Source: an uncultured Alphaproteobacteria bacterium (GTDB lineage: Bacteria; Pseudomonadota; Alphaproteobacteria; Rs-D84). From it: 32,000 nucleotides of DNA. Of this stretch, positions 27,270 to 32,000 are shown piece by piece. The stretch is from NCBI GenBank assembly GCA_963931495.1, contig OZ007020.1:90001-122000 (forward strand). Direction: 5' to 3'. The notes under the pieces are model-generated. The model was not told where the DNA came from and made no database searches. It saw only the letters and a list, made by a program, of their open reading frames with translations. The position numbers were made by a program, and so were the translations under genes. Position 1 is the stretch's first letter; each line of letters begins with the position of its first letter.

Positions 27270-27297
27270 AGTATAACATAAAATCAATTTCAGACAA
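27270..27297 (-). promoter_or_regulatory. Candidate promoter of the 1,051-aa gene, overlapped by a 7-bp inverted repeat
   Basis: On the minus strand: TTGTCT (rc of 27292-27297), 16 nt, TATACT (rc of 27270-27275). The palindrome ATACTTA-N5-TAAGTAT (27256-27274) spans the -10 and TSS region. Confidence 0.45.
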
Positions 27298-27336
27298 AGA
27301 AAAAATATGTGAATTTACATATATTTTATACGATTT

Positions 27337-28317
27337 TTATGCCCCGTGGGCCGTATCTAAAATTGCGCGCAATTCCATCATATCATCCGGCATACGTGCC
27401 TTGAAATGCATCGGCTGTCCAGTAATCGGATGTACAAAATCCAATATTTCTGCGTGCAACATCTGGCCCGAATGACTTTTTATAAAATCACGCAAATCCA
27501 TGTCCTGAACACTGCCGATGCGATTTGAACCACGACCGTAAATTGGGTCACAAACGACCGGGAATCCATGTGCCGATAAATGTACACGTATTTGATGCGT
27601 GCGACCGGTCATTAACGTACAACGAAACAGCGAAATTCCCGCCCGCGACCACACAGATGCAACATTTACAACCGTGTGCGCTGGCTTTCCCCCGGTTTTA
27701 ACCATAGTCATTTTTTGCCGATTTCGCGACGAACGCGCAATATTTCCCGTAATATCTGCGCCGTCCCAATTTGGCACCCCCCACACAAACGCCAAATATT
27801 TACGCGTCAAATCATGCCCAGAAAAAATCTTGACCAGTCCACGATACGCCGCATCAGATTTTGCAAACACCATAACACCACTGGTATCTTTATCCAGACG
27901 ATGAACAACCCCTGGGCGCGTTTCGCCCCCCAGTGACGACAAATGTGTATGTGATAAAATATTTTGAACCAGCGTACCCGTTTTGTTCCCCGCCGATGGA
28001 TACATGACGACGCCACGCGGTTTATTAATTACAATGATGTCATCGTCTTCATATAAAATATCCAGTTCAAAATCAGATGATATATTATCTGTGGCAACAT
28101 CGGTTGTACGCACCAATGGGGTTACATTAATTACGTCACCCGGACGAACGCGTACAGAAAACTTTACCGCCCCACCGTTCAGCGTTACGGGAAAACGCTG
28201 GATTTCACTGCGCGAAAATTCGGGTAAATTAGTGGCCAAAAACTTATCCAAACGCGTCCCAGATTCAGAATCTGGGACAATAAATTCACGCGCGGATAAC
28301 GTTTTATTTGTATTCAT
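27337..28317 (-). CDS. rluD: 23S rRNA pseudouridine synthase, RluA family (RluD-like), 326 aa
   Basis: An S4-like N-terminus is present (GTRLDKFLATNLPEFSRSEIQRF), together with the catalytic motif HRLDKDTSGVMVFAK and the conserved RTHQIRVHL. I preferred the start at ATG 28315-28317 because ~22 aa before the RLD motif is typical. The start at 28353 is the alternative. Confidence 0.9.
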   Translation of the reverse strand: MNTNKTLSAREFIVPDSESGTRLDKFLATNLPEFSRSEIQRFPVTLNGGAVKFSVRVRPGDVINVTPLVRTTDVATDNISSDFELDILYEDDDIIVINKPRGVVMYPSAGNKTGTLVQNILSHTHLSSLGGETRPGVVHRLDKDTSGVMVFAKSDAAYRGLVKIFSGHDLTRKYLAFVWGVPNWDGADITGNIARSSRNRQKMTMVKTGGKPAHTVVNVASVWSRAGISLFRCTLMTGRTHQIRVHLSAHGFPVVCDPIYGRGSNRIGSVQDMDLRDFIKSHSGQMLHAEILDFVHPITGQPMHFKARMPDDMMELRAILDTAHGA

Positions 28318-28771
28318 CCCAATCCGGTCCCTTGTCGCAATCCGCCAAATCAATCGTTAATTCGCGGCCATCACTGTCCACCGGGCATGTTAATATGCCG
28401 GTACTGACCGCCTGGGTCGCGTCACGCGCCGCATTGCGCCATGTAAATTTTATTTCTGTGGGCGCATACAGGCATGCAATTCGCAATTCGCCATCGTGCC
28501 GATTGTTCGGACCAATCCATACGCGAACACCTTCGCCTAATCCATAACACGGAAAGCCATCCAGATAGTACAAAACCAAACCACGCCCCACAATCCCAGA
28601 TGACGGAATAAAATTACCACGATATTCAGAATATCGCAATCCTGTTAACCCTTCCCAATCAGTACTGGTGGAAAACAGACTGATTCGTGGTGTTTGGACG
28701 GGCGCCGGGGCATCAGCGGCAAACGCGCCCCACGGAATCAAGCACAATAAAAACATTAAAAAATATCGCAT
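28304..28771 (-). CDS. Secreted/periplasmic protein, hypothetical (155 aa)
   Basis: The signal peptide is MRYFLMFLLCLIPWGAFA|AD. The start directly abuts the stop of the upstream gene (28772), and the 3' end overlaps the rluD start. Confidence 0.7.
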   Translation of the reverse strand: MRYFLMFLLCLIPWGAFAADAPAPVQTPRISLFSTSTDWEGLTGLRYSEYRGNFIPSSGIVGRGLVLYYLDGFPCYGLGEGVRVWIGPNNRHDGELRIACLYAPTEIKFTWRNAARDATQAVSTGILTCPVDSDGRELTIDLADCDKGPDWDEYK

Positions 28772-29281
28772 TTATTTTTCCCCATTGTCCAATTCAACAG
28801 ATATCCGCGCAACGCCAACCGTCGGTACAGACAAAATATGCGAAAATGTCGCAACCCCACCGGAATCCAGCAATGTTGCCGGTGGCAAAAAACGCTGGCG
28901 TTCAACGACGTTTCCATCTGTATCGTATGATGTTATTAATAACCCTGGGACACCATAAATTTGTTCAGAACGATTATGAACAGTGCCACTGACCATAAAA
29001 TGTGGGGCACCAAACGCGTCCAACCCGGTGGATATTTCGGAAATTTCCGCGACCAATGGATTTTCACGAATCTGTTTAACCCGATACTGGGACATAACCG
29101 CCACGGCAAACACAATCGCCGCCAATAATGCGCACAGCGCCGCGAAAAATACCAGCCACGAATTACGCCGTGGCGGCCGACGCACAACCCATGTGTTACC
29201 ACACACCGCACACTTAACCGGCCCATTTGGGATTGAATTTAATGAATATTCTGTTTTACAAAAATCACATACTGTTTTCAT
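28772..29281 (-). CDS. Zinc-ribbon (CxxC...CxxC) plus single-TM protein, MJ0042-finger/DUF3426-like (169 aa)
   Basis: The N-terminus MKTVCDFCKTEYSLNSIPNGPVKCAVCGNTW has two CxxC pairs. It is followed by a basic stretch, one TM helix (WLVFFAALCALLAAIVFAVAV) and a ~100-aa beta-rich C-terminal domain. The family assignment is from memory of this architecture. Confidence 0.7.
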   Translation of the reverse strand: MKTVCDFCKTEYSLNSIPNGPVKCAVCGNTWVVRRPPRRNSWLVFFAALCALLAAIVFAVAVMSQYRVKQIRENPLVAEISEISTGLDAFGAPHFMVSGTVHNRSEQIYGVPGLLITSYDTDGNVVERQRFLPPATLLDSGGVATFSHILSVPTVGVARISVELDNGEK

Positions 29282-29301
29282 GTAACGATTTATACCATAT
29301 T

Positions 29302-30621
29302 TTATTCTAAATTCAACATACGATATTTTGCGCGAACGCTGGTCTGGATTTCTTGGATTGCATTAATATAATCAGACACAGTTGCGTTTTTATTCGCCAC
29401 AACCGCACTGAATTTTTCATATGCCACCGTGTTCGTCGCGCGTTCAGCATACGTAATGTCTTGGGCCATCCGGTTTAATTCCTGTAACGTTATGTCCATA
29501 AAATTCATAACACCTGTACTGGCGTCCCAAAAATAATTTGGATTCACAGAATCTTCTATGCGATTGCGCACAATTAAACGCGGTGCAACCGAACCAGCAA
29601 ATCCAACCGTAACAAACATTGCACTGATTGTTCCGCCTGTCATATCCAAAGTTCTATTAATATTCAAAACAATCGGACCCGTTTCATCAGACGACACAGA
29701 TAAACCACCCAATGTCAAATTTGCCGTATACAAATCCCCCGTTGTAAAATTAGAAAATTTTCCTGTATCTGCCAAATTAAATGTATCTGCGACCTCTATT
29801 TCCCGCGAATCAGCGGTAAATGTGCCGGCAACACTGACATTTAATACTTCCAGTGCTTTATCAAGTGTTGTTCTGGTTTGAAAAATTACATCATCTGCCA
29901 CACTGACGCCGACATTCAAATTCTCGTTAAACTGGGCCGATGACGCATCAAAAAATTTTGCATTTGATATATTGTGGCCCCCAAGATTTAATCCAGACAG
30001 CATTGTCGCATCAGACGCATCATCAGACGGCAAACGCCATAAATACAACGTGTTGTCCGTGTTAACAGATGTCGTTTCAATAATCCCCCCAGATGACGAT
30101 ATACCCAAATCAATCGCATCAGCATGCCACGACCCAAATGTTCCATATGCACGTGTGCCGTCCAAAAATCCCATATTATCCCCACCCAGTGATACAATTT
30201 CACGCGTGCGCATTGGACTGATTTCATCCGACGAAAAAACAATAACACCCTGTAAAGTTGCCCGTCCATTGGAATCATTGGATTTCAATACCCGTAATTG
30301 ATACATATCACCTGCGTCGGTTAAATCAGCCGACACGCCATATGGAACCAGTTCAGAAATATTTACACGGGTTATATTACGCCCAACCGCCGACAATAAA
30401 TTTTGACGATGATCCATTATATAGCGTTCCAGCGCATCTTGGATATCAGACATCTGGCGTGTTATTGCGATGTTTTCAGCACGCTGGGTAACGGTTTGTT
30501 GATATTGAAATATAAACGGCATTATGATTGCCGCCAACGCAATACTCATCAACAATTCAACCAACATGCTGCCATGCTGGGATAATTTTTCGTGGTTAAA
30601 AGGTATATGTATTCTGTTCAT
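29302..30621 (-). CDS. Large prepilin-type N-terminal domain protein (439 aa), paralogue of the upstream gene
   Basis: The start at ATG 30619-30621 forms an ATGA overlap with the upstream stop. The leader MNRIHIPFNHEKLSQHG|SMLVELLMSIALAAIIMPFIF has a Gly at the cleavage site, Glu at +5 and a hydrophobic helix, which is the type IV pilin/pseudopilin signature. The C-terminal part is repetitive and beta-helix-like. Confidence 0.8.
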   Translation of the reverse strand: MNRIHIPFNHEKLSQHGSMLVELLMSIALAAIIMPFIFQYQQTVTQRAENIAITRQMSDIQDALERYIMDHRQNLLSAVGRNITRVNISELVPYGVSADLTDAGDMYQLRVLKSNDSNGRATLQGVIVFSSDEISPMRTREIVSLGGDNMGFLDGTRAYGTFGSWHADAIDLGISSSGGIIETTSVNTDNTLYLWRLPSDDASDATMLSGLNLGGHNISNAKFFDASSAQFNENLNVGVSVADDVIFQTRTTLDKALEVLNVSVAGTFTADSREIEVADTFNLADTGKFSNFTTGDLYTANLTLGGLSVSSDETGPIVLNINRTLDMTGGTISAMFVTVGFAGSVAPRLIVRNRIEDSVNPNYFWDASTGVMNFMDITLQELNRMAQDITYAERATNTVAYEKFSAVVANKNATVSDYINAIQEIQTSVRAKYRMLNLE

Positions 30622-31823
30622 TGCACTAAATCCATTGGCATTGCACTGCGCCAATCATCAGACATTATTACCGAAAATTCATTTGCCACCGGTAATGCCG
30701 GCACAGACGCACGACGCAGGTGTAATTCTGTGATACGTGGCGGGTTTAATGATGGAAATGTCCACGATCCAATTCGCAATGGTGCCGTCGTTGACATCAA
30801 CAATTCGCCAGAAATTGTTAATCCAAAATTATCATAAAATATGATTTCTTCGGTTGATATAAATGATGTCTTGACCGTATGTGCAGATATACCTGTAAAT
30901 GCACTGATTGTACGCGAAGAATCAGATTTTAATTCAAAATTATTTGCCACGTTTACAGAATTTGCCACCGTTGCCCGATCTGTTATTATCCGACCATTAG
31001 TTGAAAATCCATCGCCATTTAACTTGTTTGCATATATATTACGAAATCCAGACATATCACCTGTGACGCGCAATTTACCAAATGCTGTATTTTGTGCATC
31101 CAAACTGGCCCCAGATGAAAAGTACAGTGTATCGGCCGACAAACTAGCTGTTTCAATAAATGGCACAGATGCATTTTTTATCTTTCCAGAATCTGCAACA
31201 ACACCGCCAACATTGTAAGCACGATTTTTATTCATATTCAAATCACGAAACATTGTGTTCAGTTGTTCTTCGCTGTTTTCCGTACGATGCAGATATTTTG
31301 TTTTATCTTCGCCGGTGATATCGCGCGAAATTTTATATATTAAGTCCCCTGGACGAAAATCTGGGGCCGATACCGCCCATGCACCACCATATGCAATTCC
31401 GTCAGAACCCACAACCGCGGCATCAGAACCAATATGACGCGCAACCTGATTTGTACGCAAACTTGATTGATTCAAATCAAACGACAAATACACATCTGTG
31501 ACTGTTGCGCCATTTAATGAATATTTATCAATAAATCCTGCGACTGGGACATCGGATATTGAATCCAATTCTTCATCAGATAATTTTATCTGGGCAACAT
31601 CAGGCCAAGTATTTTGATTTAATCGGACAAAATTCAAAACACTGTCGCGCAAACCTATAATCTTGTTGGCCGCCGCAATATCACGCAACGTGTTATTTGT
31701 ATCGGCAATCTGGCCATACAAGAACGGCGCCGCCATCGCAACAATCGCCATGGCCAGTAATACTTCGGTCATACTGGCACCACGTTGTGAATTCGCAAAA
31801 ATACGCACCCTAGAAGCAGTCAC
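30618..31823 (-). CDS. Large prepilin-type N-terminal domain protein (401 aa)
   Basis: The start is GTG at 31821-31823. An in-frame stop lies 4 codons upstream, so this is the first possible start, and a GGACGGG SD-like sequence precedes it. The leader MTASRVRIFANSQRG|ASMTEVLLAMAIVAMAAPFLY has the same G|xxxxE signature. Confidence 0.8.
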   Translation of the reverse strand: MTASRVRIFANSQRGASMTEVLLAMAIVAMAAPFLYGQIADTNNTLRDIAAANKIIGLRDSVLNFVRLNQNTWPDVAQIKLSDEELDSISDVPVAGFIDKYSLNGATVTDVYLSFDLNQSSLRTNQVARHIGSDAAVVGSDGIAYGGAWAVSAPDFRPGDLIYKISRDITGEDKTKYLHRTENSEEQLNTMFRDLNMNKNRAYNVGGVVADSGKIKNASVPFIETASLSADTLYFSSGASLDAQNTAFGKLRVTGDMSGFRNIYANKLNGDGFSTNGRIITDRATVANSVNVANNFELKSDSSRTISAFTGISAHTVKTSFISTEEIIFYDNFGLTISGELLMSTTAPLRIGSWTFPSLNPPRITELHLRRASVPALPVANEFSVIMSDDWRSAMPMDLVQ

Positions 31824-32000
31824 TGCGCCCGTCCATTAAACACTGTTTGATATTTATACGTTGTTCCAATCTGTGCCAAAAGACATATTGGCATATTATG
31901 TATTGTGACAACGACATTTGATTATAGTTACCGTCCAGTTCACTGATTATCGCGCGGCAATCCGTTGTCTTTGAACTGTCCGCAGATGGATTATCAATAA
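31810..32000 (-). CDS. 3' end of an unidentified gene that continues beyond the right window edge
   Basis: My own translation of the minus strand in the frame starting at 31998 gives an open reading frame: ...IDNPSADSSKTTDCRAIISELDGNYNQMSLSQYIICQYVFWHRLEQRINIKQCLMDGRSDCF*. The stop is at 31810-31812, overlapping the GTG start of the next gene by 14 nt. It is absent from the track because it has no in-window start. Confidence 0.35.
   Translation of the reverse strand, partial: IDNPSADSSKTTDCRAIISELDGNYNQMSLSQYIICQYVFWHRLEQRINIKQCLMDGRSDCF

Noticed and set aside
26933-27475. 180-aa plus-strand ORF
   Set aside because: It spans the 5' end of the 1,051-aa gene, that gene's promoter and the 3' end of rluD, antisense to all of them.
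27983-28360. 125-aa plus-strand ORF
   Set aside because: It is antisense to rluD.
29302-31823. Shufflon (invertible C-terminal cassettes) associated with the PilV-like genes
   Set aside because: I found no inverted partial pilin segments, no recognisable 19-bp sfx-like repeats and no recombinase gene. The plus-strand ORFs here (29558-29881, 29972-30301, 30841-31218) look like ordinary antisense artefacts of repetitive beta-rich genes.

Overview
This window comes from a moderately AT-rich genome that looks alphaproteobacterial, judging only from the 16S fragment. All calls rest on reading the sequence and the ORF track; no searches were run. Layout, left to right: (1) The 5' ~1.07 kb of a 16S rRNA gene on the minus strand, followed by ~750 bp of non-coding upstream region. 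(2) A divergent pair: an exported Cys-rich protein and a beta-barrel outer-membrane protein. (3) A small membrane protein and a HAD hydrolase. (4) A marR-tolC-adaptor-RND efflux operon whose periplasmic adaptor is only 199 aa. (5) tRNA-Gln, then a perfect 176-bp tandem repeat that re-iterates the tRNA 3' end, then tRNA-Glu. (6) A classical type Va autotransporter. (7) A membrane-anchored coiled-coil protein. (8) A merR-like gene and gyrA. (9) rpmH with no rnpA after it. (10) An accessory-looking block at 19.1-27.3 kb. It holds an XRE regulator behind a promoter, alternative-hairpin and terminator leader. It also holds two translationally coupled Cys-rich exported proteins, an apparently leaderless LRR plus protein-kinase-like fusion, and a 1,051-aa Cys-rich protein with duplicated six-Cys modules and C-terminal glycine-zipper TM helices. 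(11) A tightly packed minus-strand operon ending in rluD. It encodes a secreted protein, a zinc-ribbon/TM protein and two large paralogous proteins with prepilin-type G|xxxxE N-termini. The best candidates for something undescribed are the Cys-rich/LRR-kinase block, the giant prepilin-like pair, the tRNA-linked tandem repeat and the structured RNA upstream of the XRE gene.
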